NCBI GenBank assembly: GCA_965247125.1
Contig: CBDFGO010000002.1
Span: 964,472-1,028,471 of the forward strand
Length of the DNA stretch: 64,000 nucleotides
Direction of reading: 5' to 3'
From: Rhodothermales bacterium
Lineage (GTDB): Bacteria; Bacteroidota; Rhodothermia; Rhodothermales; UBA10348
A program made the position numbers and the translations under genes. Numbering within the stretch: the first letter of the stretch is position 1; the number at the start of each line of letters is the position of its first letter. Under the pieces are notes generated by a model, which worked only from the letters and a program-made list of their open reading frames with translations, ran no database searches and was not told where the DNA came from. Of the stretch, positions 30,743 through 39,810 are shown piece by piece.

Positions 30743-32812
30743 CTACGAATCAACCAACGATGGAGGAAGGGACTTTGGCTGCCCGGCTTCGATTTCTCCG
30801 GGTCCATTCTGTGAATCTGAACCAGGATCGGAATCAGCCTCGACCAGCGTACACGGTTCCAGAATCCGTTCCGGGATGTCCGCCAGAAAGCGGCTCGGAT
30901 TCGTGAAGTATTGACCCTCATATCGACGATGTCCGATCATGGGATAGGAAATGAACAGGTGATCTGCGGCGCGCGTAACGGCTAGATAGATCAGACGCAG
31001 TTCTTCATCGAGTGCGTCGTCGCTCCCCACCGAGTAAGAAGAGGGCATCACTCCGTCGAGGGCCTGGATCAGAAATACAACCCTGAATTCCAGACCCTTC
31101 GCCGAGTGAATGGTTGACAGGACAAGCGGCGGTTCATCGCCCGATTCCGGCAACGACTCCAGGGCAGTTAAATCAATCGGGTCAAGTGCCAACGAATCGA
31201 GAAGACTTGATCGATCCGCAAAACGAGTGACCAGGCCAACAAGATGCTCCAGGTCCTGCTCCCGCTTGGGATAATCATCTGGATATGCCCTCCGCAGGAC
31301 CGGAGCGTAATAGGTCAGAATGATCTCAAGTTGCTCTGAAGGAGCTATATCAGACGAGTGAATCTGGCGCAGCGTGGTAAAGAGTGTGCGAAGCGAATCG
31401 ATGTATGAAGACGAAAAGGGTCGCTCATTTAAAATAAATGGTTCTTCGGTCTTCGCGTCCAGCCAATCGACTATTCGGCCGGCGGTTTTTGGACCCACGC
31501 CCTTCAGCAGTTGGAGAATTCGATTCCAGGCAACCGTGTCCCGCGGATTTTCCACGACCTTGAGGTGTGCCAGCACATCTTTTATGTGCGCAGCCTCACT
31601 CAATCTCAAACCACCGTGCTTTACAAACGGAATATTCTTTCGATTCAGTTCAACCTCCAGGTCGTAAGAGTTGTGGCCGTTGCGAAAGAGAACAGCCATG
31701 TCATCTAGCGGGATTCCCTGCTCTCGGAACTGCAGGATCATCTGAGAAACGAAGCGGCTTTCGAAACGCACATCAGGCGCAGGAACGAAGGCCGGCCGAT
31801 CCCCCTTCAATTTCTCGGAGAACAAGTCCTTGGAATATTGCTGCCGTGCGGTAGACAGGAGGTGATTGGCCAGATCCAGGATACTCTGCGTTGAGCGATA
31901 GTTGTGCTCCAGCTTCAGGACGTGAGCCCCGGAATATTCGTCCGAAAAATTCAAAATATTTCCGACGTCCGCCCCTCGAAATCGATAGATGCTCTGCGCA
32001 TCATCTCCCACAACCATCACGTTGCCGTGGACAGAGCTCAGTGCCTTTACTAGAAGGGCTTGTGCTCTGTTCGTGTCCTGATATTCATCGACCAGCACAT
32101 GACGGATGGCTGATGAAATGTCCCTGAGCACGTCGGGCTCTTGCTGGAAAAGCATCAGCGTCATCACCAGTAGATCGTCGTAATCCATCAATCCCTGCTC
32201 CTTCTTATAGGAGGAGTAGGCCAGAAAAAGTCGCTCCATGGTTTCGGAGAACTCCAGAAACTGCGGATAGGATTTTTCCACCAACTCGGAAATTGGTACC
32301 CCCCGATTTCGAATGGCCGAGAACATGGTCTGCAGGGTCCGTTTTCGAGGAAATCGTTTTCCTCTTGTGTCGACAGAAAGTCTACCGCGCAACACGTCGA
32401 TCACATCGGCGGAATCAGATGCGTCAAGAATGGTAAAATTGGAAGGAAAGCCAATCTTGGCGGCATATTTCTTAAGAATCGTCAGATAGAATGCGTGAAA
32501 CGTGCCTCCACGAACTCGATTACAACGGCCATCGAGCAGGAGAGTCGCTCGAATGAGCATCTCCGAGGCTGCCCTCCGGCTGAACGTCAACAGAACGACG
32601 GATTCCGGAGGGACCCTCGTTTCCACTAGATAGGCGACCCGGTAAACGAGGGTCCTCGTTTTTCCCGTTCCTGCACCTGCCACGACCAACACCGCGCCTC
32701 CTCCCCAGGTAACTGCTTCCAACTGCTGGGCGTTGAGTTCATCGGCATAGGCGATGTCCATCCCGTGAATGGCAGGGAGTGCTTCCGATTGAATGATGAA
32801 CTGACGGGCCAT
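30743..32812 (-). CDS. UvrD/PcrA-family ATP-dependent helicase
   Basis: AGAGTGKT, TFH, VDEYQD, VGDDAQSIYRFRGA, NYRS, STIHSAKGLEF, AVTRA. Confidence 0.93.
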   Translation of the reverse strand: MARQFIIQSEALPAIHGMDIAYADELNAQQLEAVTWGGGAVLVVAGAGTGKTRTLVYRVAYLVETRVPPESVVLLTFSRRAASEMLIRATLLLDGRCNRVRGGTFHAFYLTILKKYAAKIGFPSNFTILDASDSADVIDVLRGRLSVDTRGKRFPRKRTLQTMFSAIRNRGVPISELVEKSYPQFLEFSETMERLFLAYSSYKKEQGLMDYDDLLVMTLMLFQQEPDVLRDISSAIRHVLVDEYQDTNRAQALLVKALSSVHGNVMVVGDDAQSIYRFRGADVGNILNFSDEYSGAHVLKLEHNYRSTQSILDLANHLLSTARQQYSKDLFSEKLKGDRPAFVPAPDVRFESRFVSQMILQFREQGIPLDDMAVLFRNGHNSYDLEVELNRKNIPFVKHGGLRLSEAAHIKDVLAHLKVVENPRDTVAWNRILQLLKGVGPKTAGRIVDWLDAKTEEPFILNERPFSSSYIDSLRTLFTTLRQIHSSDIAPSEQLEIILTYYAPVLRRAYPDDYPKREQDLEHLVGLVTRFADRSSLLDSLALDPIDLTALESLPESGDEPPLVLSTIHSAKGLEFRVVFLIQALDGVMPSSYSVGSDDALDEELRLIYLAVTRAADHLFISYPMIGHRRYEGQYFTNPSRFLADIPERILEPCTLVEADSDPGSDSQNGPGEIEAGQPKSLPPSLVDS

Positions 32813-33086
32813 TAAAGAATCGTATCTGCCACTAAGGAATCGTGTCTACGTGTCTATGTAACGATCCCGCGGGTGCAAATGGTTCTCCGATCCGATGTCG
32901 AAAGGGGCTGGTGACCTGGCCCTGTTCGTGGATAACTTCGTGGCCCCATGGGCTGCGATTCCTGGTACGGAATTGACCTTGTTCATAGATTGCGACTACC
33001 GCTTCGTGACCGGTGGAACAACGTGGGCAGATCTCCTATTTCACCGGTTACAGAAGCAATCGCACAACTTTCACGCGAAAACGTCT

Positions 33087-33902
33087 ATGGGAAAAATCAT
33101 TGCAGTGGCCAATCAGAAAGGCGGAGTCGGAAAAACAACGACGGCTGTTAATCTGGCGGCTTCTTTGGCTGCGATGGAACACCCTACGCTCCTCGTGGAT
33201 TTTGATCCACAGGCAAACGGGACGTCTGGAGTTGGAATCGATCCGAGGACGGTTACCTCTTCCTCCTACGAGATCTTGATCGGCTCCATCGCGACCCAGG
33301 ACGCAGTACTGGAGACGGAGACGCCGTATCTGTCGCTGATTCCAAGCCACATTAACCTCGTCGGTGCCGAGATCGAGATGGTTGAGGTGACGGATCGGGA
33401 GCGCATGCTGGCCAAGTCCCTATTGTCGGTCCGCGACAACTACGACTTCATCATAATCGATTGTCCCCCATCACTTGGGCTCCTGACGCTAAACTCGCTG
33501 ACGGCTGCGGACTCGGTGCTGATCCCGGTTCAGGCCGAATACTTCGCGCTCGAAGGTCTGGGGCAGCTGCTTAACACGATCAAGCTCGTCAGGCATCACT
33601 TGAATCCTCCACTGGAAATCGAGGGCGTCGTGTTGACGATGTTTGACTCGAGGCTCAGATTGGCGAATCAGGTGGCTGCAGAGGTTCGTCGGTATTTCGG
33701 CGAAAAAGTTTTCCAGACGATCGTGCAGAGAAATGTTCGATTATCTGAGGCTCCCAGTTTTGGAAGGCCTGTGCTGATGTATGATGCAACGAGTACAGGG
33801 TCTCGCAATTACATTGGGCTAGCGCGAGAAGTACTTCTCGCAAATCAAGATTACCTTGAACAGCTCGCCACAGAGTCGGCAGGTGGGGATCCGGTACACT
33901 AA
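33087..33902 (+). CDS. parA: Chromosome partitioning ATPase ParA/Soj
   Basis: [39 protein letters not shown]; start moved to MGKII. Confidence 0.96.
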   Translation: MGKIIAVANQKGGVGKTTTAVNLAASLAAMEHPTLLVDFDPQANGTSGVGIDPRTVTSSSYEILIGSIATQDAVLETETPYLSLIPSHINLVGAEIEMVEVTDRERMLAKSLLSVRDNYDFIIIDCPPSLGLLTLNSLTAADSVLIPVQAEYFALEGLGQLLNTIKLVRHHLNPPLEIEGVVLTMFDSRLRLANQVAAEVRRYFGEKVFQTIVQRNVRLSEAPSFGRPVLMYDATSTGSRNYIGLAREVLLANQDYLEQLATESAGGDPVH

Positions 33903-33915
33903 CTCGGGCACTTTG

Positions 33916-34845
33916 ATGACCAAACAGAAAAATGTTCTGGGAAGAGGCCTGGGAGCGCTGCTTCCCGACCCTGCAGAAAACACGTCCGTCGCAAGGACAG
34001 GAATTGAGCATACGAAGCTCTATAATTTCGATGAACGAATTCGTTCGGCAAGATCGATCAACGATGTCGACGTAGCCTCCGTTTCACCCAATCCGTATCA
34101 GCCTCGAGAACATTTCGACGAATCGAGCCTTCTGGAACTGAGCCTCTCCATAAAAGAGTTGGGCATCATTCAGCCCATTACGGTTCGTCGCAAGGGCGAA
34201 GAAGCGTACGAATTGATATCGGGAGAGCGGCGTCTCAAGGCCGCCATCATGGCCGGGCTGAGATCCATACCCGCCTATGTGCGCGAAGCAGATACGGAAG
34301 CCATGTTGGAAATGGCGCTGGTAGAAAATGTCCAACGAGAGCAGCTGAATCCGATGGAAATCGCCCTCGGATATCGGCGCCTGATCGACGAATGTGATCT
34401 TACGCAGGAGCAGGTCGCTACCAAGATTGGGAAGAACCGGTCGACGGTGGCCAATTTCTTACGTCTCCTGCGGCTGCCGCCCCTTATTCAAGCAGGACTC
34501 CGAGATGCAGTTCTCACCTCCGGGCATGCGCGGGCATTGCTCGCTATCGAGGATGAGGCCTTGCAGAAGCAGGTTCTGGATGAAATTGTTCGAAACGGCC
34601 TCTCCGTCAGGGAGGTTGAGAGGATGGTGAAGCAGTTACTGACTCCGAAAAGAGCTCCAAGGGTGGTCCAGAAGTCACCCGTGAGCGCAGAATCCATCGA
34701 GTTGACCCGCCTTGCGGATCGCGTCCGTCATGTTCTGGGGACGAAAGTGACCATAAAGCCTTCGTCGAAGGGTGGAGGAGGACGAATTGAACTCGAATAC
34801 TATTCGAACGACGATCTCCAACGAATCATAGATCTTCTTGACTGA
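33916..34845 (+). CDS. parB: Chromosome partitioning protein ParB/Spo0J
   Basis: LGRGLGALL, PNPYQPR, GERR, ENVQRE, HTH RSTVANFLRLL, GHARAL. Confidence 0.96.
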   Translation: MTKQKNVLGRGLGALLPDPAENTSVARTGIEHTKLYNFDERIRSARSINDVDVASVSPNPYQPREHFDESSLLELSLSIKELGIIQPITVRRKGEEAYELISGERRLKAAIMAGLRSIPAYVREADTEAMLEMALVENVQREQLNPMEIALGYRRLIDECDLTQEQVATKIGKNRSTVANFLRLLRLPPLIQAGLRDAVLTSGHARALLAIEDEALQKQVLDEIVRNGLSVREVERMVKQLLTPKRAPRVVQKSPVSAESIELTRLADRVRHVLGTKVTIKPSSKGGGGRIELEYYSNDDLQRIIDLLD

Positions 34846-34854
34846 TTTCGGCAC

Positions 34855-35493
34855 TTGATGACATCTTTCGTCCGGAATTTTTTGCTTGCTTGTGGCCTGT
34901 GCGCTCTGATTTCGCCGGGTCCGGCTGAGGCTCAGATCGTAGCGGCGGATTCTGTATTCGCTGTATCCCCTTCGGCTCACTCTCCTCATGGTGCTCTTCG
35001 GCGAAGCGCTGCTCTGCCCGGGTGGGGTCAGATCTACAACAAACAGTACATCAAATTGCCGTTCTTATATGCGGCCCTCGGTGGGTTGATTTACACGGCA
35101 GTCGTCAAACATGACGACTATATCCTTTACCGTGAAGCATTTCAGTACAAAGCGTTTCAAGAGCGCGTCGATTCCGGTATTCTGACGGAAAACCCAAAAA
35201 TCGGCTTTAAGTCGTCGTATGACGAGATCGCGAAGGAATTTGGAGCCGTATCGTCTCGGCCCCTGGAAAACCAGCGAAATAATTTTCGCCGTTCGCGTGA
35301 CCTTTCTCTCATTGGCATCGGCCTAGTATATAGTCTGGCTATGCTGGACGCTTTTGTAAGCGCGCACTTACTCGATTTCGACGTTGGGGAAGACCTGAGT
35401 ATTCAGGTTGCTCCCCAACCAGGCGGACTCCGCCTGTCTGCCCAAATCCACATAGGATCTTCGGGAGGGCGCGGTCTATCTACTAGTAGATAG
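34855..35493 (+). CDS. DUF5683-like membrane protein
   Basis: SAALPGWGQIYNKQY, DAFVSAHLLDFDV; usual position after parB in this group. Confidence 0.8.
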   Translation: MMTSFVRNFLLACGLCALISPGPAEAQIVAADSVFAVSPSAHSPHGALRRSAALPGWGQIYNKQYIKLPFLYAALGGLIYTAVVKHDDYILYREAFQYKAFQERVDSGILTENPKIGFKSSYDEIAKEFGAVSSRPLENQRNNFRRSRDLSLIGIGLVYSLAMLDAFVSAHLLDFDVGEDLSIQVAPQPGGLRLSAQIHIGSSGGRGLSTSR

Positions 35494-35726
35494 ACCGCTT
35501 GACCTAGTTTATCGAGAGAGCAACTACGAGCGTTTTTGTGTGGTCAGGACCAGATAAGGGTCGAATTCGTAACAATGCGGGACTCTGCAACGTGTCCACA
35601 CTTTGTAACATAACGCGCCCCTCACCACACCAAAACATTATGGCTTTGTCTCACGATTTGCCTTACGATTTTCGTCACGAAGCAAATCGGGTCCAAAGCT
35701 GATGCTCAGAACACGGGGCTCCGCAA

Positions 35727-37010
35727 ATGTCTGACAGGTACAGCAAATCGGCGGGATCACCTGAGATCTCGACCGCCACCGAGCAGCCCGCTCTTTTTGA
35801 CAAGTGTGATCGATTCTTCGACCCGGAAGGATTGTATGCACAGGTCAAAAAGGCCGATCTGTATCCCTACTTTCGTCCCATCGAAAAGAACGATGGTACG
35901 CGTGCGATTATCCACGGCCGTGAGATCATCATGGCTGGATCGAACAATTATCTGGGATTGCTCTCCGATCCACGCGTCAAGAAGGCATCCGAGGACGCCG
36001 TTGAACAGTATGGCTCCGGATGCACTGGTTCGCGATTTTTGAATGGTACCCTCGACCTTCACATCGAACTCGAGGAGCGGCTCGCAGAGTTCATGGGCAA
36101 AGAATCGTGCGTCTTGTTCTCCACGGGATACATGACCAATCAAGGCGTACTGGAGTCCTTGGCGGGCAGAGGCGATATCATTTTTTCGGATAAGGACAAC
36201 CATTCCTGTATCGTAGCCGGAACGAAGGTTGCGTTAGCCGACACAGTACGATTTCGGCACGATGACATGGCTCATCTCAGGACTCTACTGGTCAAGGCAT
36301 CTGAGAGTAATCCGGATGCAGGTAAGTTCATCGTCTGCGATGGCGTCTTTTCCATGAGCGGCGCAATCGCGAAAGTCCCCGAGCTCGTCGAGCTCGCAGA
36401 AGAATTTGGGGCAGCACTCATGCTGGACGACGCCCATGCGGTCGGCGTAATCGGGCCGGGAGGAAAAGGAAGCGCAGCACATTTTAATCTGCTTGACCGC
36501 GTTCACCTCGTCACCGGGACGTTTTCAAAAAGCTTCGCTTCTCTTGGTGGATTCGTTGTGGGCAGCAAAAACGTGATCGAGTACATTCGGCACACCGCTT
36601 CGACTCACATCTTCAGTGCATCTATGCCTCCTTCGGCCGTTGCAACCGTTCTGAAGTGTCTCGAGATTCTGCAGGCTGAACCCGAGCGACTGGATAGATT
36701 GTGGGAGATCTCAGATTATATGCGCGAGGGCTTCAAGAACGCTGGATTCAATGTGTTGAAGAGCCAGGCTCCCATCATTCCCGTCATGGCGCACAATATG
36801 CGCACCTGTCTCGAAATGGGGCACGATCTCCTTGAGGAGGGCGTTTTTGTGAACGCGGTCGTTCCCCCTGCGGTACCCAAGGGTCAGTCCCTGCTTCGCA
36901 CTTCCTACATGGCTACGCACACTAATGAGGAACTGGACTTCATCCTGGAAGCGTTTCAAAAAGTGGGCAAAAAACACGGAGTGTTTTCTACCAACGGCAC
37001 TGCGGCTTAA
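35727..37010 (+). CDS. spt: Serine palmitoyltransferase (alpha-oxoamine synthase family)
   Basis: YPYFR, GSNNYLGL, GSGCTGSRFLNGT, DDAH, GTFSKSFAS (PLP Lys), IFSAS; motif pattern resembles bacterial SPT more than BioF. Confidence 0.8.
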   Translation: MSDRYSKSAGSPEISTATEQPALFDKCDRFFDPEGLYAQVKKADLYPYFRPIEKNDGTRAIIHGREIIMAGSNNYLGLLSDPRVKKASEDAVEQYGSGCTGSRFLNGTLDLHIELEERLAEFMGKESCVLFSTGYMTNQGVLESLAGRGDIIFSDKDNHSCIVAGTKVALADTVRFRHDDMAHLRTLLVKASESNPDAGKFIVCDGVFSMSGAIAKVPELVELAEEFGAALMLDDAHAVGVIGPGGKGSAAHFNLLDRVHLVTGTFSKSFASLGGFVVGSKNVIEYIRHTASTHIFSASMPPSAVATVLKCLEILQAEPERLDRLWEISDYMREGFKNAGFNVLKSQAPIIPVMAHNMRTCLEMGHDLLEEGVFVNAVVPPAVPKGQSLLRTSYMATHTNEELDFILEAFQKVGKKHGVFSTNGTAA

Positions 37011-37049
37011 CTTCCTACACAGCCGTTAGCCACCACCTGCCGTTCAATA

Positions 37050-38186
37050 ATGTCGCATCCAGTAGTCGCGCCCGTCACATCAAGACGAGACAGGAAGGCA
37101 TTTATTCAGTTTCAGTACGATCTGTACTCTGATACCGGAGTGTGGGTGCCACCTCTACGAAGGGATACCTCGAAATCCATCAATCCGAAAAAGAACGCGT
37201 TTTTCGAACACGGCGAAATTCAAACATTTTTAGCTCGAGAGTCTTCGGGTGGAAAAGTAGTAGGTCGAATTGCAGCCATCAAAAATGGAATGCACCTGAA
37301 GAAGTTTGACGACGGCGTCGGTTTCTTCGGATTCTTTGAGTGCATTGATGATGTCGACGTTTCCAGCGCGTTGTTCGAAGCGGCAGCCGACTGGTTGAGG
37401 GGTAGAGGCTTGACTACCATGCGCGGCCCGACCAATCCGTCCATGAACGACGTTGCGGGCCTACTTGTCGGCGGTTTTAACAAGCAGCCTGCGATCCTGA
37501 TGCCCTACAATCACGGGTACTTCGAGCGCCTGCTTGTGGAGAATGGGTTCGAGCGAGTCATGACGATGTGGGCGTACTACACCAATTCAAAACTGATCAA
37601 GTCAGAGAAACTGAGGCGCGGTACCGCCCTGCTGATGCGACGCTACCCGGGGCTTAGCGTCCGGAGAATGGATAAGTCGATCTTCGAACAGGAAGCGAAG
37701 ATCATTCTCGACATCTACAACGACGCCTGGTCCGATAACTGGGGTCACGTCCCCATGACGGATAATGAATTCTCCCAGCTGGCCAAAGAGTTGAAGCAGA
37801 TTGTCGACGAACGCCTGGTGGTAATCGTAGAGGACGAAGGCGAACCGATTGCTTTTGCCATCACGTTGCCAGACCTGAATTTCGTGTTCAAGACACTGAA
37901 GACAGGCAGGCTGCTACCCACTGGAATTTTGAAGCTTCTCTTTCTGGCTTCCTCGGGCGTCATCCGGGAGGTACGTATGCCGTTGATGGGCGTCAGAAAG
38001 TCCCATCAGCGGAAAGGCATCGATGCAATATTGGTCCACCACACCATCGAGAATTCTGCGGAGCTGGGCGTCCTGGGGTGTGAAATGAGCTGGGTGCTGG
38101 ATGAAAATATGGCTCTTCGTAACTCTCTGGAGACCATGGGTGGGATCAAGGACAAAGAATATGCGATGTTGGAGCGGGGGATCTGA
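37050..38186 (+). CDS. GNAT-like N-acyltransferase, probable bacterial ceramide synthase (YghO/bCerS-like)
   Basis: FIQFQYDLY..WVPPL, GRIAAI, GFFGFFE, MRGP, MPYN..Y, WGHVP, EMSWVL; directly downstream of spt. Confidence 0.72.
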   Translation: MSHPVVAPVTSRRDRKAFIQFQYDLYSDTGVWVPPLRRDTSKSINPKKNAFFEHGEIQTFLARESSGGKVVGRIAAIKNGMHLKKFDDGVGFFGFFECIDDVDVSSALFEAAADWLRGRGLTTMRGPTNPSMNDVAGLLVGGFNKQPAILMPYNHGYFERLLVENGFERVMTMWAYYTNSKLIKSEKLRRGTALLMRRYPGLSVRRMDKSIFEQEAKIILDIYNDAWSDNWGHVPMTDNEFSQLAKELKQIVDERLVVIVEDEGEPIAFAITLPDLNFVFKTLKTGRLLPTGILKLLFLASSGVIREVRMPLMGVRKSHQRKGIDAILVHHTIENSAELGVLGCEMSWVLDENMALRNSLETMGGIKDKEYAMLERGI

Positions 38187-38192
38187 TACCTT

Positions 38193-38897
38193 ATGATCGA
38201 CACCGGCGCGATCCGCTTCGTCTATTTTGATCTTGACGATACCATCCTGGATCATGCAAGGGCTGAAAAACTGGCTCTTCAAGACCTGCACAACCAGACC
38301 CCTTCCGTTTTTGACGGACGCTCATTTGATGCGGTACTTTCAGCCTATCGTGAAATCAACCCGATAGTCTGGAAGTTGTATTCTGAGGGCAACTTGACGA
38401 AGCAGCAGGCCAAGGTCGGTCGTTTTACTCAGCTTCTTGAGAAGCTGGATATCGAATCGCAGGCAAGCGACGTGCTTCTCGCAGACGCGTATCTCTCCTG
38501 CTACGCTGATCACTGGAGTCTTATCTCCGGCGCAATAGAGGGCTTTCTGAGAATTGCCAGGTCCTATCCCGTGGGTATTCTCACGAACGGATTCTCTGAA
38601 GTGCAGCGAGCCAAGTTAAACCAGTTTCCACAACTGGAGAGCGTTTCCAGCGCCGTCATCATCAGCGAAGAAGTGGGCGTTCTAAAGCCGGATCCAGTGC
38701 TTTTCGAGCATGCTGCCGCCGCCGTCGGAGTCCCTCCCTAAGCCATTCTGTACGTCGGCGACTCCCTCCGCTCCGACGTCGGCGGCGGTATCGGGGCAGG
38801 TTGGAAGGTGGCGTGGTTCTCGACGCGATCTCACGAACACGAAGATGTCTGGAGCTTCTCTGAGTGGTCCCTTTTGATCGACCTGTTGGACGCGTGA
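38193..38897 (+). pseudogene. HAD-family hydrolase (YjjG-like) interrupted by in-frame TAA at 38739-38741
   Basis: Motif I FDLDDT, TNG, KP; after TAA the same frame continues AILYVGDSLRSDVGGGIGAGW (motif IV) to TGA at 38895-38897. Confidence 0.8.
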
Positions 38898-38944
38898 CGC
38901 GAGAAGGGCGAAATGATCAAGATCTATCTCACTGACTGAACGGC

Positions 38945-38981
38945 AAAAAAAAAAGCCGTCCTTAAAAGGACAGCTTCTTTT
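38945..38981 (-). terminator. Intrinsic terminator ending the minus-strand RNA (possibly bidirectional)
   Basis: Minus strand AAGCTGTCC-TTTTAA-GGACGGCTT running into a 10-T tract; the stem contains a U-G pair that is favourable only on the minus strand. Confidence 0.88.
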
Positions 38982-39712
38982 CCTGCTCCCAGACACGTGA
39001 ACCCCCCCTGGTTTGGTTCGCTCGCCGAAGCCAGCTCTCCCCGCCAGTAGCGGGAGGTTCGAGTCTCATGGATTCCTCCGACCAGGACGAATCCGGGTCT
39101 TCGGTAACACGTGCATCCGTTTCCAGTTGCTCGTGTCGTCTCCATCGTATGGGCACACGATAAAGACTATAGCCCTCAGGTCTTTCGGTCATCGTCTTCC
39201 GTTCCCCCTTGCGGGTTCACTTCCCTCGTTGACCGGCTGCACACTCCTTGCATCTTCCCCTCCGAGGAGGTTCTTCTACCTATCTGTGCGCGGCATTCGC
39301 CTACTGGTTTTGAACATTCTTGTCTTCGGCCGAAGCCGTTTCCTTTCCTATCCCTCCTGGTTTGCGGTGCGTCCACTTCCCGAGCGAAACGCCGGGACGT
39401 TTATGCTCTTTCCGTGGTCGCCTTCCTTTCCCGTCCTTTCTTAGCCTAACCGAAGTTCGACTCTTACATTCCGTTCAGCCCTTCCCGGTCCGGGGATCAC
39501 TTGTTTTCCGTTCCAACCCTTGCGAGTTTTTCCTTCAAACATCCTCCCGTCTCGTTCTGGACTCAGCACCAACTCCAGCAGCTTTCTCTTTTGAAGAACC
39601 CTGCTTTCATCGCCGATGCGAAGGAAACCTTTTTCTACTCTTTCGAGCAGTGGGGCTTGCCTCATGCAGCCTAGAGACTCAGTCGCGTCAAGGAACCGTG
39701 CCGTCAGGCACT
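38945..39712 (-). ncRNA. Candidate large (~770 nt) structured non-coding RNA of unknown family
   Basis: Bounded by a consensus promoter and a terminator; no credible ORF; purine-rich; multiple GAAA/GCAA/UUCG-capped hairpins on the minus strand; ~35 GGA triplets. Confidence 0.75.
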
Positions 39713-39718
39713 GCGACT

Positions 39719-39747
39719 ATTATATGCCGACTTGGGAGCGGAGTCAA
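39719..39747 (-). promoter_or_regulatory. Sigma70-type promoter of the candidate ncRNA
   Basis: Minus strand TTGACT (39747-39742), 17-bp spacer, TATAAT (39724-39719). Confidence 0.85.
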
Positions 39748-39765
39748 TATTAGGGGAGGTAGTTT

Positions 39766-39810
39766 CCATCCACAAGAAATTCACAGGGATGTGCACATCA
39801 GTGTGGATAA
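39766..39810. promoter_or_regulatory. DnaA-box-like array
   Basis: Perfect TGTGGATAA (=TTATCCACA) at 39802-39810 plus 2-mismatch boxes CCATCCACA (39766), AAATTCACA (39777) and TGTGCACAT (39790). Confidence 0.45.

Noticed and set aside
29790-30914. 374-aa plus-strand ORF
   Set aside because: Antisense to three well-supported genes (permease, GNAT, helicase) with no motifs; a shadow ORF.
33067-33082. parS-like near-palindrome ACTTTCACGCGAAAAC before parA
   Set aside because: Five mismatches to TGTTTCACGTGAAACA; too weak to call.
38945-39712. Identification as tmRNA, RNase P RNA, 6S, SRP, an rRNA fragment or a group II intron
   Set aside because: No tRNA-like GGGG...CCA ends, no GAGGAAAGUCC / RNase P terminal motif, too long for 6S or SRP, no recognisable rRNA conserved blocks, no domain V or intron-encoded ORF seen by eye.
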